A stretch of DNA of 63,698 nt, filler included, from Chiloscyllium plagiosum (taxonomy: Eukaryota), in assembly GCF_004010195.1 (NCBI RefSeq). It is 4 parts of one record of this genome, joined end to end, with 100 filler letters (N's around TTAATTAATTAA, not from the genome) between each part and the next. Parts side by side here need not be neighbours in the genome. Positions count along the whole stretch, not along the records: positions 1 to 27,258 come from NC_057715.1; positions 27,359 to 53,911 come from NC_057715.1; 2 more parts are not named here. One strand, given 5' to 3'. Under the pieces are notes generated by a model. It ran no database searches and was not told where the DNA came from. It saw only the letters and a program-made list of their open reading frames with translations. Of this stretch, positions 23,931-37,679 are shown piece by piece (the first letter of the stretch is position 1; every line of letters begins with the position of its first letter). Position numbers and translations under genes: made by a program.

Positions 23931-26689
23931 ATCGACAGTTTGTATTAGAGAAGATTTTGCAGAAACAGGACAGAGAAGTTTGGAAGCTTATTTTGTTCAG
24001 GCTGGACAACAACTCTCAAACGAAAACCAAACCAATGTCCATCACCTGCAAAATACTGTTCAAATAGAGCCATTGAAACCAAGCAGTTGATCTCTGAAAA
24101 GACAGTCGAAGCCAATAGATGAAATCAGGTGATTTTCCAAAAGTTTTTTTAATATTCCAGAAGTCCTTTATTTGTCCTTTCTTAAAAACAAAACAGATCT
24201 GGCCACCTTCACAGAACATTAAATTAATTGCTTCACAACCCTTCAATACTCAGGTCCTTAAAAAATTAAATATGAAGCCTTCATAATACTGCCCATTCAT
24301 TTAATACTGTCCATGCACTCTGCCCATTCAGTTAATCTATCTGTATCCATTTGTAGCCTTCTTACATCCTCTTAACAGTTTACTTTCCTACTGAATATTC
24401 TCTTGTGTAAAATTTTATCAAATACCTTCTGAAAGTAATTTAACACAAAATCTATAGATACACATTGTCAATCTTTTTAGTGTGCCTTTCTAGATTATCC
24501 CTTACATGTACAGATCCTTAGCTTCAGAATAGGTATCGCCCTGCAATTTAACCAGTGCTCTTTCCCAAACCACAGACTGTGATGTATCTAATAAGACTGA
24601 ATCTGGAGTATAAGAGGTATCACACTGATCTGTCCTTCCCTTGAAAGTAAATTAATTTGTAATAAAATCATTTATTTGAAACATACTTTTATGTACAAAA
24701 TTTCAAGAGTGATTTTTATTTAAATCATGTTAAATTATGTCTAATGAACAACTATTTCTGTGAAAATATTAACTTCTTTTCTTTTGTTGATATATTAAAT
24801 GGGCAAACTGAGAATTCCAACCCAAATCAGTTATTCATGTAAAGCCTTAACCTGCCCGACGTAAATTTGTTAGCGGCTAACTGGAATTGTATTCTACATA
24901 AGCTATCACTAAACCGAATCTGAAACTGAACTGGAACAGCCATACCAGTGACAGCAAGTTCAAGGCTATGAATGTGACAGAGGGGTTTCTCATCTTCTGA
25001 CTTTCCACAGCCTGTTCACCAACCATGAGATTATGGTGCCCTATGAATCCTGACCTGACCTTATTCACAACCCCACAAAAATGGGAAGTGCCATGTTCAG
25101 GAATGGGATTTGTAATTTGCAGGATTCTCTGCTGTTTTGCCACAACAGAAAGGCCATATCACATTCAGGGCAACCTGGTTGGCTGCATTATAAACATATC
25201 TTGGCTATCAGATCCTGGGCTGGACTAGAACCCAAAGCTTCTGGCTCAGAGGCAGGAACACTATCCACTGCACAACAAGTCCATCTTCAGAAATGTCTGA
25301 AAATGCAAAGTTTTACATTTTTACAGTTATCTCTTTTTCCTCCCTCTTTCATTTCCTCTCATTATTTCTCTTCCTGTACTTGATTTAACACTACACTTAC
25401 CTATTTGAATTCTTCTCACTCCTTCCTCACTGGGGAAGGTGGTACTCTTTTGGCCATCCAGATACCCTGCATCATTCATTGATCCATTCTCAACTTGCAC
25501 TGAAGCAACTTTCTGAGAAGAATATATTTTAACAGGTACAAATCCTACTAACTAGGCATGTCATGAGATGCTCCAGCAAATTCTGGGCATTTTGTAACGA
25601 CAGTATCAACAGAAATGACTAAAACAAATACATACTATGATCTCCATTAATTGTATTTCCTCTTTGAGTAAAGGAAATGAATGTTTGAGCTGATCAAGAT
25701 GGAACATGTCCCTGACGATGGGTAGAACATGCTTCCAATGTTAATATCAGTCTTAAGGGCTCTGTACTGCATGAGAATGCGAACTCACTTGGCACTGGTC
25801 AAAGAAAGTACTTCTGATCTGAGTTTAGAAGGCCAGCATATACTGCACTGATACAATGCTTTGAAAGTTATTTATTTTTTGAATGTGGGCATTCTAGCAA
25901 GGCTGCATTTATGACTCATCCTTAGTTACTCCACAAGGGTGGTGTTTGAACTTTTTATTGAACCGATACAATTGGTCAAATGGATTAGTGGACAACCAGA
26001 GGACAGTTAAGACAACCACGCTGGTATGGCACAGATAGGCCAGATGGGGAAAGGAAAGTAAACTTCCTTTCTTCAGGAACCTTAGTGAACCAGAGAGTTT
26101 TTTTTGTTAATACACTTCATTGGTAATGCTGTTAATATTCATTGTCAAAGTTTATTACCATTATTCATTATTGATGAATGTCCTTTTCATCCAATGTAAT
26201 AATAAGACATGGATTCATGAACTGTTCTCATTTCAGTGTAAGACACAAGTGGTATAACGCTATCTTGATGCAGATCCAGGGTTCTGTATCATATGACAAT
26301 ATCGGAGCAGAATTAGGCCATCAAATCTGCTTCACCATTCAATTATGGCTGATATATTTCTCAACCCCATTCTCCTGCCTTCTCCCTGAAACCCTTGATC
26401 CCCTTACTAATCAAGGATCTATCTATCTCTGACTTACATACACTCAATGGTTTGGCCTTCACAGTCTTCTGCAACAATGAGATCCTCAGATTACCATCTG
26501 GCTGAAGAGATTCCTTCTCATCTCAGGGTCAAAAGGGTCATGCCTTCACTCTGAGGTGGCACCCTAGTCTCTCCTACTAATGGAAACATTGTCTCCATAT
26601 TCACTCTATCGAGGTCTTTCAGTATTCTGTATGTTTCAATCAGATCCTCCCTCATCCTTCTAAACTCCATTGAGTACAGACCCACAGAG

Positions 26690-27258
26690 TCCTGCAACGT
26701 ATAAGATAGACAACGCTGGCTGAGTCACATGAATACCTGCCACATACAAGGTGGGAGGCGTCCCCACGTGTAATGGTGGCACCTATGTCTACACTCTGAC
26801 ACATCCTGCAGCGCCTACCGTGACAGGGTTATATGGAGTTGTTCTGAGAGCTGGACAGCTTGCTACAAACAATGATCTGTTTGAGGTTTAGCGGTTGTTT
26901 AAAGGCAAGTAGTGGAGGTGTGGGGAAGGTCTTGGCGAGGTGCTCATCCTCATTGATAATGTGTTGCAGGTTACGAAGAACATGGCGTAGTTCTTCAGCT
27001 GCTGAGAAGTACTGAACAACGAAGGGTACCCTGTCAGTTGCAGCAAGTGCCTGTCTCCTGAGGAGGTCATTACGGTTCCTTGCTGTGGCACGTCGGAACT
27101 GGCAGTCAATGAGTTGGGCATCGTACCCCGTTCTTGTGAGGGCATCCTTGAGTACTTCCAGGTGCCGTCACGTTCCTCCTCATCTGAGCAGATCCGGTGT
27201 ATGCGTAGAGAATGGCTGTTTTAATATGTTTTGGGTGGAAGCTGGAGAAGTGTAGCAT
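26690..27258 (-). mobile_element. Penelope-like fragment (RT C-terminus to GIY-YIG), truncated by a gap
   Basis: Homologous to 13200-13650 (GAAGGGTACCCTGTCAGTTG, CTGTCTCCTGAGGAGGTCATT, GGCTGAGTCACATGA). Confidence 0.8.
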
Positions 27259-27358
27259 NNNNNNNNNNNNNNNNNNNNNNNNNNNNNNNNNNNNNNNNNN
27301 NNTTAATTAATTAANNNNNNNNNNNNNNNNNNNNNNNNNNNNNNNNNNNNNNNNNNNN
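27259..27358. other. Scaffold gap with artificial TTAATTAATTAA linker (also 53912-54011 and 61223-61322); plain gaps at 32430-33300 and 36401-36579
   Basis: N runs; an identical 100-nt block with a central all-frame stop linker occurs three times. Confidence 0.97.
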
Positions 27359-27621
27359 ACCATCTAACATCTGCCTGCCTAAGAAGAACAGGGGGCCCAC
27401 GCAGTCATTTGGGCTCCGCTGGCGCCTCAGCTCAATGTAATCGCACCAACCTGTGAATAGGAATGATTACCCTGTTTCGATACGCAAAGAAATGGAATGT
27501 TTACAGAATGATGACATGTCCAATTGTATAGATTAAATATATATGAATAAAGTATATTTTTGAAATTAAAAAAAAATTAGTTGCTCAGTACTAAATTTAA
27601 ACAGTCTAGACTCCTGTAAAA

Positions 27622-30600
27622 ATGACTAAAGGGAAAGGAGCCCGCAGTTCTCAGCAGGAAGGAACCCCTCCCCCACCCTCTCCAGCTGCAGCAGAAGCAT
27701 CCCCAGCCGCCCCGGGGGACTTATCTACGGTGGCGAGCCTCGCGGAAATAATCTCCAAACTCTATGCGACGATCGATGCTTTCATTGAAGAGTCCCAGAG
27801 CAGATGGGATTCACTCTTGGCTGCGCTACAAAAGCACGATCGAGACATCGAGGAAATCGAGCACCGAGTCGGGGTGGGGGGGCGCGACCTCCGAGGCTGC
27901 AGCAGAATTGGCCGTGGATTGAGTCCGGACTCTTGAACAGCGAGTCCGGACCTTAGAAAATCACATCGACAAACTCGAGAATCGAGGTCATCGAAAGAAT
28001 GTTTGTTTGCTGGGCCTTCCTGAACGGGAAGAGGAAGGCCAACCTACAGCGTTCCTCGAGCAGTGGCTTCCACAGCTTTTAAATCTGGAGGCTGGTAAGG
28101 GTAGAATGGGCCTACCGGGTTGCAATACATGGGCCCAGCTTGAACCAGCGCCCCCGCCCGGTCCTGTTCCAGCTGCAGAGCTATAAGGTGAGGCAGATGC
28201 TCTTACAAGCTTCTAGAAATCTTGGGAAAGATTCCCAAGCCATAATTTATAAAGGATTCAAGATTATGTTATTCCAGGACTTTTCCCCAGTTTTGGTCCG
28301 AAAGAGGAAGGTGTTTGACGAAGCGAAGAAGCGTTTAAGGGACTTAAACATTCAGTACTCCCTGCACTACCCAGCAACGCTACGCTTCAACCATGAAGGG
28401 TCCGTGTACAAGTTCGGATCACCGGAGAAGGCCAAGGAATTTTTGGACTCTCTTAGATAAATTGTAAGAGTTAATTGATGTTGTTTTGCCCTCCCCCCAC
28501 CCTGGTTTACCCCCCCCCTTTTTAAAATCCCTTTCATTACCTTACTGTTTAATATTATCTCTGCGGGGGGTGGTGATGGGGAGAGAGGTTTATTTATTTG
28601 TTCTTCACTTAGCGATTTTCTCCCCTTTTTTTTAATATATAGGCCGGGGGGTCTAGTTAGTGTAGTTGGGGGCAGGTGGTTACCTTATCCTATTTTATCT
28701 CTGTCTTTAGGAGCAGGGTTGTTTTCCCTTGTTATTTTGTATTACTATATTTAATTATTATTTATTGAAATTGTAATTTTATAGTTATATATGTTCATAC
28801 ATGGTATTAATATTACCAAATATATCCAGGTGTTGGTGTGGGTGGGGGGGGAAGGGTAGAGTACTCACTGTTAACTCTAGCTCTGTAGTATATTTGAATT
28901 TTCTTTTTATTCTATCGTGGGGTGCCTGGGTCAAGGGTGGGGCACTGGTTGGGAGAGGATATGATGGGCTTTTGGAAAGGAAGTGATGCCCCCTGGGAAC
29001 AACGTTTCAGGGTGCATCTCTGGGACATACACACTTATTGGATAAAGAACACTTGAAATTACGACAGGGTGGAGTTGATTAGGCCTTCTTTTCTTCCTTC
29101 AGCTCAAGAAGTAGGGGAGTTGTTATCCTTATTCATAAGAATCTCCCTTTCAAAATCCTAAATCAGATAAAAGATGAATCTGGTTAAAGCCCTTATAAAT
29201 GGAGAGGAATATGGGATCTTAAATCTGTATTGTCCCCTGGCATATCCTTTTAAATTTATAACGGAAGCCTTCTCAAAATTGGTGGCTCTCGGGGCTCGTC
29301 ATACAATTATAGGGGGAGATTTTAATTGTATTATGGATCTGGAAATAGATAGGATTCCCAAGAGTACTGCAGGAGTATCCCCCAGATCCAGACAATTGGT
29401 GGACTTGAACAAAGAATTAGGATTAGTAGATGTATGGAGATGCCTTCACCCGCAGGGCAGAGATTTTTCTTTTTACTCCAATCCACATAAATGTCACACC
29501 AGAATTGATATGTCTTTTGCCCCCACGATTTTTTAAAATTCCATATCATCCTGTAAAATAGGTAGTATAACAATTTCTGATCACGCTGCTGTATATATGG
29601 AAATCAAGGTGAGGAACAATGAGACACCCTCCCGACATTGGCGTATGGATTCCTTCCTGAAGAAAGATAGTAAATTTGTAAGGTACTTCTCTCAAGAATT
29701 TAAAACTTTTTTAGAAATTAATTCATGTATGGCTAGAAACCCATCAATGATGTGGGAGACCATCAAAGCTTACGCACGAGGTTTGATCATTTCATACTCA
29801 GCGACCCAGAAAACATTAAAGGGAGAACAACAGCGTCTGCTCGAAGCTCACTTAAAAGCGGCTGAATCAGCATATGCTGACAGACCTTCTATTATCAAAT
29901 TACAAAGGATTACGGCCCTTAGGACAGCTCTGAACACCACGCTTACCCAAACGGCTAAGAGGGAAATATTATTTGCAAAACAAAGGTTATATGAATTTGG
30001 CGATAAACCTGATAGATACTTAGCATTTCTCGCAAAGAAAAAAAAGGCCCCTCAAACTATCATGTCTATCAAGGAAAGTGCGGGTACTCTGACTCATGAT
30101 CATAAAAGGATTAATGCAATCTTTAGAAAATTTTATTCTGATTTATATAAATCACAGGATTGCGAAGATAGAGCTAGGAAGATGCTGTCATGCTTTAAAA
30201 ACTTGACCTTTTCGGACCTAACTCCGGAACAGGTATCGGTCCTGAATGTTCCCCTAACAAGCCAAGAAATACTTGACACAATAAGGCAACTTCAGAGCGG
30301 TAAGATACCTGGCCCAAATGGCTTTCAAGCTGAATTCTATAAAGAATTTACAAGAATATTGGCTGGCCCACTTCTGAACATGTATAACTACTCATACAGT
30401 AAGGGCTGTCACCTGCCTTCGCTGAAAGAGGCAAATATCTCTCTTATTCTCAAAAAAGGAATGGACCCAGAAGATTGCGCGTCATACAGACCAATATCCT
30501 TGTTAAATGTAGATTTTAAAATCCTTTCTAAAACATTAGCATTGAGGCTAGAAAAGGTATTGCCATACATCATAAAGGAGGATCAGACGGGGTTTATTAA

Positions 30601-32429
30601 GGGCTGTAAATCATCCAATAATGTTAGAAGGATTTTGAATGTGATTCAAGCCTGCCATCAGGGAAAGTAGTAGTCTCATTAGACGTGGAAAAGGCATTCG
30701 ACAGGGTTGAATGGTCATATCTGTTTTACACATTGGAAAGGTTTGGCGTTGGAAGGGTGTTTACCAAATGAGTCTCAACATTGTATAATGATCCCAAAGC
30801 AGTTGTGATTACCAATGGATTAGGCTCGGATAGCTTCAGTGTGGATAGGGGCTGCCGTCAGGGATGTCCTTTCTCACCATTGCTATTTACGCTAATAATT
30901 GAGCCACTAGCAGAAGCTATACGAGTTGACCCTAATATAACGGCCCCGAGGATTGGTACAGGTAAACATAAAATTACCCTTTATGCAGATGATGTTCTCC
31001 TATTTCTCAGTAATCCCCTGATATCCATGCTTCGCTTAATCCAAATTATTAATACATTTATAGCATTTTCAGGCTATAAAATTAATTTCTCAAAATCGGA
31101 GGCTATGCCAATGGGTGGCCTTGCGAGTATATCCCACCTATTAGGCGGATCCCACTATCCCTTTCGGCGATCCCTGGAGAGTTTCTTACATTTAGGCATT
31201 TTTATCACCCTAGTATTTTGTCAGTTATACAAGGCTAACTTTATGCATTTACTGGAAAGGATCAGGCAGGACCTCCAGCGATGGGGAGACTTTCCAATTT
31301 CCTGGTTAGGCAGAATAGCACTAATTAAAATGAATGTCCTGCCCCGTCTCCTATACCCTATGAGAATGCTTCTGTTGATGCTGCCGAGGCTGGCACTACG
31401 TAACTTGTATGGCTGGCTGGGTTCCTTTATCTGGAATCATAGACGGCCCCTCATTAAGCTGAAGAAGCTACAGCTTCCACAGGCAAGGGGAAGACTGGAT
31501 TTTCCAGATTTTAGGAAATATCAGTTAAGTTCCCTATTAAGCTACATAGCCGATTGGGTCTTGTCTGACCCGCAATCAATCTGGCTGGACATCGAGGCTT
31601 CTCAAGTAAAATGCCCACTTATTAGCCTCTTGTTTTCAGACAAGAGGAAAATCATCACAGATCAATGTAAAAACCCTATAATAATAAATACAATTAAAGC
31701 TTGGAATATAAATGCGGCAAAATGAGGGCAACTCACATAAAACATCCCCCTATACTCCGATAGTGGGAGCATGGGGGTTTCAACCGGGGCTTACAGATGC
31801 CACTTTTAAACTCTGGAGATCCAGGGGTATCTCCTGTTTAGGGGATCTGTTTAAGGAAGGGGTCCTGATGTCTTTTGAACAGCTGCATCAGAAATTTGGA
31901 TTACCTAATGGTGATCTCTTTCGATACTTCCAAATTCGAGATTACATACAGAAGAAGACCACACTATTAGATAGTCTTTATAAATCAGACAAAGAACATA
32001 GAGTGTTATGGCCAATGGGGGTATCATCGGTCAGCACTCTTTATCATTTATTACATGATGAAGTATTGGAAATACTGACAATCTGCTTAAAACATGGGAT
32101 CAGGATTTGGGGCTGGAAATCTCTATAGAAATGTGGAATGATATTTGGGAAAATGCCAGAAAAATCTCTATCTGCAACAGACCTCAGGCCATTTAGTTGA
32201 AGATACTTCATAGGGCCCATATAGCACCGGACCGATTGGCAGAATTTAAGGCAGGAGCATCTCCAATGTGTCCCAAATGTAAAATAGAGGTGGGCACTCT
32301 TGTACATTGCCTATGGACCTGTCATAAGATCCATAGATATTGGACTAAAGTAGCAAGTGCTCTGACAGAAATCTTAGGAACGGAAATTAGAGTGGATCCA
32401 GTATCTCTCCTTTTGGGCTTTTCGAACTT
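27622..32429 (+). mobile_element. Near full-length L1-clade LINE (ORF1 and ORF2, disrupted); 3' end lost in a gap
   Basis: ORF1 27622-28460 (RPRPVL..KIMLFQDFS..RKRKVF..YSLHYPATLRF). ORF2 endonuclease (SRSRGVVILI, IIGGDFN, HTRID, ISDHA), RT (PGPNGF..EFYK, YRPISLLNVDFKIL, QTGFIKG, GCRQGCPFSPLLF, LYADD) and C-terminal CPKC..HCLWTC. Confidence 0.93.
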
Positions 32430-33300
32430 NNNNNNNNNNNNNNNNNNNNNNNNNNNNNNNNNNNNNNNNNNNNNNNNNNNNNNNNNNNNNNNNNNNNNNN
32501 NNNNNNNNNNNNNNNNNNNNNNNNNNNNNNNNNNNNNNNNNNNNNNNNNNNNNNNNNNNNNNNNNNNNNNNNNNNNNNNNNNNNNNNNNNNNNNNNNNNN
32601 NNNNNNNNNNNNNNNNNNNNNNNNNNNNNNNNNNNNNNNNNNNNNNNNNNNNNNNNNNNNNNNNNNNNNNNNNNNNNNNNNNNNNNNNNNNNNNNNNNNN
32701 NNNNNNNNNNNNNNNNNNNNNNNNNNNNNNNNNNNNNNNNNNNNNNNNNNNNNNNNNNNNNNNNNNNNNNNNNNNNNNNNNNNNNNNNNNNNNNNNNNNN
32801 NNNNNNNNNNNNNNNNNNNNNNNNNNNNNNNNNNNNNNNNNNNNNNNNNNNNNNNNNNNNNNNNNNNNNNNNNNNNNNNNNNNNNNNNNNNNNNNNNNNN
32901 NNNNNNNNNNNNNNNNNNNNNNNNNNNNNNNNNNNNNNNNNNNNNNNNNNNNNNNNNNNNNNNNNNNNNNNNNNNNNNNNNNNNNNNNNNNNNNNNNNNN
33001 NNNNNNNNNNNNNNNNNNNNNNNNNNNNNNNNNNNNNNNNNNNNNNNNNNNNNNNNNNNNNNNNNNNNNNNNNNNNNNNNNNNNNNNNNNNNNNNNNNNN
33101 NNNNNNNNNNNNNNNNNNNNNNNNNNNNNNNNNNNNNNNNNNNNNNNNNNNNNNNNNNNNNNNNNNNNNNNNNNNNNNNNNNNNNNNNNNNNNNNNNNNN
33201 NNNNNNNNNNNNNNNNNNNNNNNNNNNNNNNNNNNNNNNNNNNNNNNNNNNNNNNNNNNNNNNNNNNNNNNNNNNNNNNNNNNNNNNNNNNNNNNNNNNN

Positions 33301-33428
33301 AGCCTCTTCCTGTAGCTCAGATCCTCCAACCCTGGCAACATCCTTGTAAATCTTTTCTGAACCCTTTCAAGTTTCACAACATCTTTCCGATAGGAAGGAG
33401 ACCAGAATTGCACGCAATATTCCAACAG
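33301..33428 (-). mobile_element. CR1 ORF2 fragment next to a gap
   Basis: EYCVQFWSPSYRKDVVKLERVQKRFTRMLPGL. Confidence 0.85.
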
Positions 33429-35655
33429 TATTTACTTGGAAGCACTAGTTTTCGGAGCGCTGCTCCTTCATCAGGTAGCTGTGCAGCGAGACCATAAGAC
33501 AGAGAATTTATAGCAAAAGATCACAGTGTCATGTAACTGAAATGATATATTGAACATACCTAGATTGTTGTTAGGTCTTCCATTTTTTTAGAATGGGTTA
33601 CAGGTTTCGGTTCATTAATATGTAAACCCCAGAACTTCTTTTAAGTCACATTCTTGAGAAAACAAGGTTTTATAAAAAAAGGCAACATCTCAGCTCAGAC
33701 AATGTATTAAAGATCTGAGGTTAGAGTCTGTCTGTATCCGAACCTTGGGTCAGACTGGTTCTATTTCCAAAATATTAGATGGTTTGACTGCCTGCATTGA
33801 CTGCCTGCAGATTGTGAATTTTTTGAGCAAAATAGAATGAGTCTACAAATATAATCATGCAAATACAAATTCACTTCCTAGACTGTGTGTATGAGCGTGC
33901 ATGAGAGAGAGAGAGTGAGTGTGTGCATCAGTGTGAGCACACATGAGAGAGTGTGTGTTTGTGTGTGTGCAAGCTTGGTAAAGTGCGTGAGTGTGATTGA
34001 GTATAAGCCTGCGAAAGGATGCGTGCTTGGGTGTGAGTGTGGGGTGTGTGTGTCTGACAGAGAATGTGTGTATGAGAGAGGGGCCGTGCAAGTGTATTGT
34101 TATATGAGAGTGTGTGTGTGAGTGACAGAGTGTATAGTGTAGTGGGATCTTCGCAGCCTGCAACACATCGATGAGGATGAGCACCTCACTAAGATCTTCC
34201 CCATGCCTCCATTTCTCACCTTTAAACAACTGCCAAACTTTAAACAGACCATAGTTCGCAGCAAACTGCCCAGCCTTCAGGACAACATCGACCACAACAC
34301 CATACAACCATCATGGTAACCACTGTAAGACGTGTCAGAGTGTTGCCATGGATACCCCCATTACAGTGGGGACACCATCCACCATGTACATGGCAGGTAC
34401 TCATGTGACTCGGCCAACGTTGTCTATCTCATACGTTGCGGGCAAGGATGCCCTGAGGCATGGTACATTGGCGAGACCAAGCAGAGACTATGGCAAACAA
34501 TGAATGGACATCTCGCAACAATCACTAGACAGGGATGTTCCCTCCCACTTGGGGAACACTTCAGTGGTCAGGGACATTCCGCCTCGGATCTTCAGGTGAC
34601 TGTCTTCCAAGGCGGACTTCGAGTTAGGCAACAATGCAAAGTGGGTGAGCAGAGGCTGACAGCCAAGTTTGGTACCCATGAGGATGGCCTCAACAGGGAT
34701 CTTGGGTTCACGTCACACTACAGGTGACCCCACTGCACTATACACTCTCTCTCTCTCACACACACACACTCTTACATAACCACACACTCACGCAGACCCT
34801 CTCTCATATACACCCTCTCCCTCATGCACACGCATATGCCCACCACACTCACAACCATTCACACACCCTCTCACAGGTTTATATTCCATCACACACACTC
34901 ACACATATTTTACCAAGCTTGCAGACATGCAAACACACACCCTCTCATGTGCACTCACACTCACATGCACTCTCTCTCTCTCTCTCATGAATGCGGACAC
35001 ACATATAAGTCTATGGGATGAATTTGTATTTGCAGAACTATATTTGCAGACTCATTCTATTTTGCTCAAACAATGCATAATCTGCAGGCAGAAAATGTAG
35101 GCTTCAATCTATCTAATATTTTGTAAATTCCATTTTGGAAATAGAACCAGTCTGACTCAAGATTGGGATACAGACCTTTAAAGCATTGCCTGAGCTGAGT
35201 GTCACATTTTTTAAAAAATCTTAAGTTATCTCAAGAATGTGACTTAAAAGAAGTTTTGGAATTTACATATTAATGAACCAAGACCGTCAATCTATTCTAA
35301 AAAATGAAAGACTTACCAACAATCTAGGTTTGTTCAATATATTATTTCAGTTACATGACACTGTCATCTTTTGCCATAAATTCTGTGTCTTATGGTCTAG
35401 CTCCACAACTACCTGATGAAAGAGCAGCGCTCCAAAAACTAGTGCTTCTGTTGGACTATAACCTGGTGTTGTGTGATTTATAACTTTAGGGCTTATGCCC
35501 GAAACGTCGATTCTCCTGCTCCTCGGATGCTGTCTGGCCTGCTGTGTTTTTCCAGCACCACATTTTTCAACTCTGGTACTCCAGCAGCTGCAGTCCTCAC
35601 TTTCTCCTGATTTATAACTTTGTCCACCCCAGTCCAATACTGGCTCCTCCACATC
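33429..35655. mobile_element. Inverted Penelope-like element (minus arm 33429-34146, plus arm 34147-35655) with CA/GT-rich UTRs
   Basis: GRYSCDSANVVYLIRCGQGCPEAWYIGETKQRL. The 3' UTR is present in both orientations, with hammerhead-like cores at ~33443-33477(-) and ~35410-35443(+). Confidence 0.85.
35488..35607 (+). mobile_element. Second-family PLE tail inserted in a PLE tail, 14-bp TSD
   Basis: TGATTTATAACTTT at 35474-35487 and 35608-35621. The insert begins AGGGCTTATGCCCGAAACGTCGA, the 3' half of a hammerhead. Confidence 0.85.
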
Positions 35656-36059
35656 TTGTTTTTTTATAACAGTTCTTTTCCCACCTCTGTCCACAATTAA
35701 AAATACAGTAAAATAACAAAGACACAGTCTTTACAGTCCATTCAGTGTAAAAAAAAGCAAACTGTACTCTGAGCTAATGGCATTTGTAATATGAGGAGAG
35801 AATAGATTCAGGGAAATACTATTAAAGTATTTAAGATTCTTAGAGGATTATTCCTTTAAGTATCTTTTAAGTATCATTGAATTATCCCTTAATCCCAATA
35901 ATATATTTGACGTTGACACCAAGTCTAGAACCAGGAGACATCAATTTGAAGAAAGCAAAGGTGAACACTTCAGATTTAACTCCTACTTCTGCTGGTGGAG
36001 GTGAATATAGACAGTGAAATACTCAGATAGTGTAAAATCATTTGATGGACTGAGGGTTA

Positions 36060-37679
36060 GGTTAAGAAAAAGGAGGAAGCATATGTAAGGTATAGACAGG
36101 ATAGATCGAGTGAATCCTTAGAAGAGTATAAAGGAAGTAGGAGTATACTTAAGAGGGAAATCAGGAGGGCAAAAAGGGGACAGGAGATAGCTTTGGCAAA
36201 TAGAATTTAGGAGACTCCAAAGGGGTTTTACCATAAAAATTAAGGACAAAAGGGTAACTAGGGAGAGAATAGGGCCCCTCAAAGATCAGCAAGGTGACCT
36301 TTGTGTGGAGCCGCAGAAAATGGGGGGAGATACTAAATGAGTATTTTGCATCAGTATTTACTGTGGAAAAGGATATGGAAGATATTGACTGTAGGGAAAT
36401 NNNNNNNNNNNNNNNNNNNNNNNNNNNNNNNNNNNNNNNNNNNNNNNNNNNNNNNNNNNNNNNNNNNNNNNNNNNNNNNNNNNNNNNNNNNNNNNNNNNN
36501 NNNNNNNNNNNNNNNNNNNNNNNNNNNNNNNNNNNNNNNNNNNNNNNNNNNNNNNNNNNNNNNNNNNNNNNNNNNNNNNTGGAATACAGGGAGAACTAGC
36601 CATTTGGATACAGAACTGGCTCAAAGGTAGAAGACAGAGGGTGGTGGTGGAGAGTTGTTTTTCAGACTGGAGACCTGTGACCAGTGGAGTGCCACAAAGA
36701 TCGGTGCTGGGCCCTCTACTTTTTGTCATTTACATAAATGATTTGGATGCGAGCATAAGAGGTACAGTTCGTAAGTTTGCAGATGACACCAAAATTGGAG
36801 GTGGAGTGGACAGAAAAGAGGGTTACCTCAGATTACAACAGAATCTGGACCAGATGGGCCAATGGGCTGAGAAGTGGCAGATGGAGTTTAATTCAGATAA
36901 ATGCGAAGTTCTGCATTTTGGGAAAGCAAATCTTAGCAGGACTTATACACTTAATGGTTAGGTACTAGGGAGTGTTGCTGAACAAAGAGGCCTTGGAGTG
37001 CAAGTTCATAGCTCCTTGAAAGTAGAATCGCTGGTAGAAAGGATAGTGAAGAAGGCGTTTGGTATGCTTTCCTTTATTGGTCAGAGTATTGACTACAGGA
37101 GTTGGGAGGTCATGTTGTGGCTGTACAGGACATTGGTTAGGTCACTGTTGGAATACTGCTTGTAATTCTGGTCTCCTTCCTATCGGAAAGATGTTGTGAA
37201 ACGACTTACAAGGATGTTGCTAGGGTTAGAGGATTTGAGCTATAGGGAGAGGCTGAACAGGCTGGGGCTGTTTTCCCCCTGGAGCGTTGGAGGCTGAGGG
37301 GTGACCTTATAGAGGCTTACAAAATTATGAAGGCATGGATAAGGTAAATAGGCAAAGTCTTTTCCCTGGGGTCGGGGAGTCCAGAACGAGAGGGCATAGG
37401 TTTAGAGTGAGAGGGGAAAGATATAAAAGATACCTAAGGGGCAACTTATTCACACAGAGGGTGGTGCATGTATGGAATGAGCTGCCAGAGGAAGTGGTGG
37501 AGGCTGGTACAATTGCAACATTTAAGAAGCACTTGGATGGGTATATGAATAGGAAGGGTTTGGAGGGATATTGGCGGGGTGCTAGCAGGTGGGACTAGAT
37601 TGGGTTGAGATATCTGCTCGGCATGGACGGGTTGGACCGAAGGGTCTGTTTCCATGCAATACATCTCTATGACTCTATG
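36060..37679 (+). mobile_element. CR1 LINE ORF2 (gapped) with 3' tail
   Basis: [45 protein letters not shown]; tail CTCTATGACTCTATG. Confidence 0.92.

Noticed and set aside
27259..27358. TTAATTAATTAA palindrome occurring three times
   Set aside because: It is always centred in a 100-nt N block, so it is an assembly linker. Adjacency across these gaps is uncertain.
32197..33425. Long 367-372 aa ORFs
   Set aside because: They consist mostly of N-derived X residues spanning a gap.
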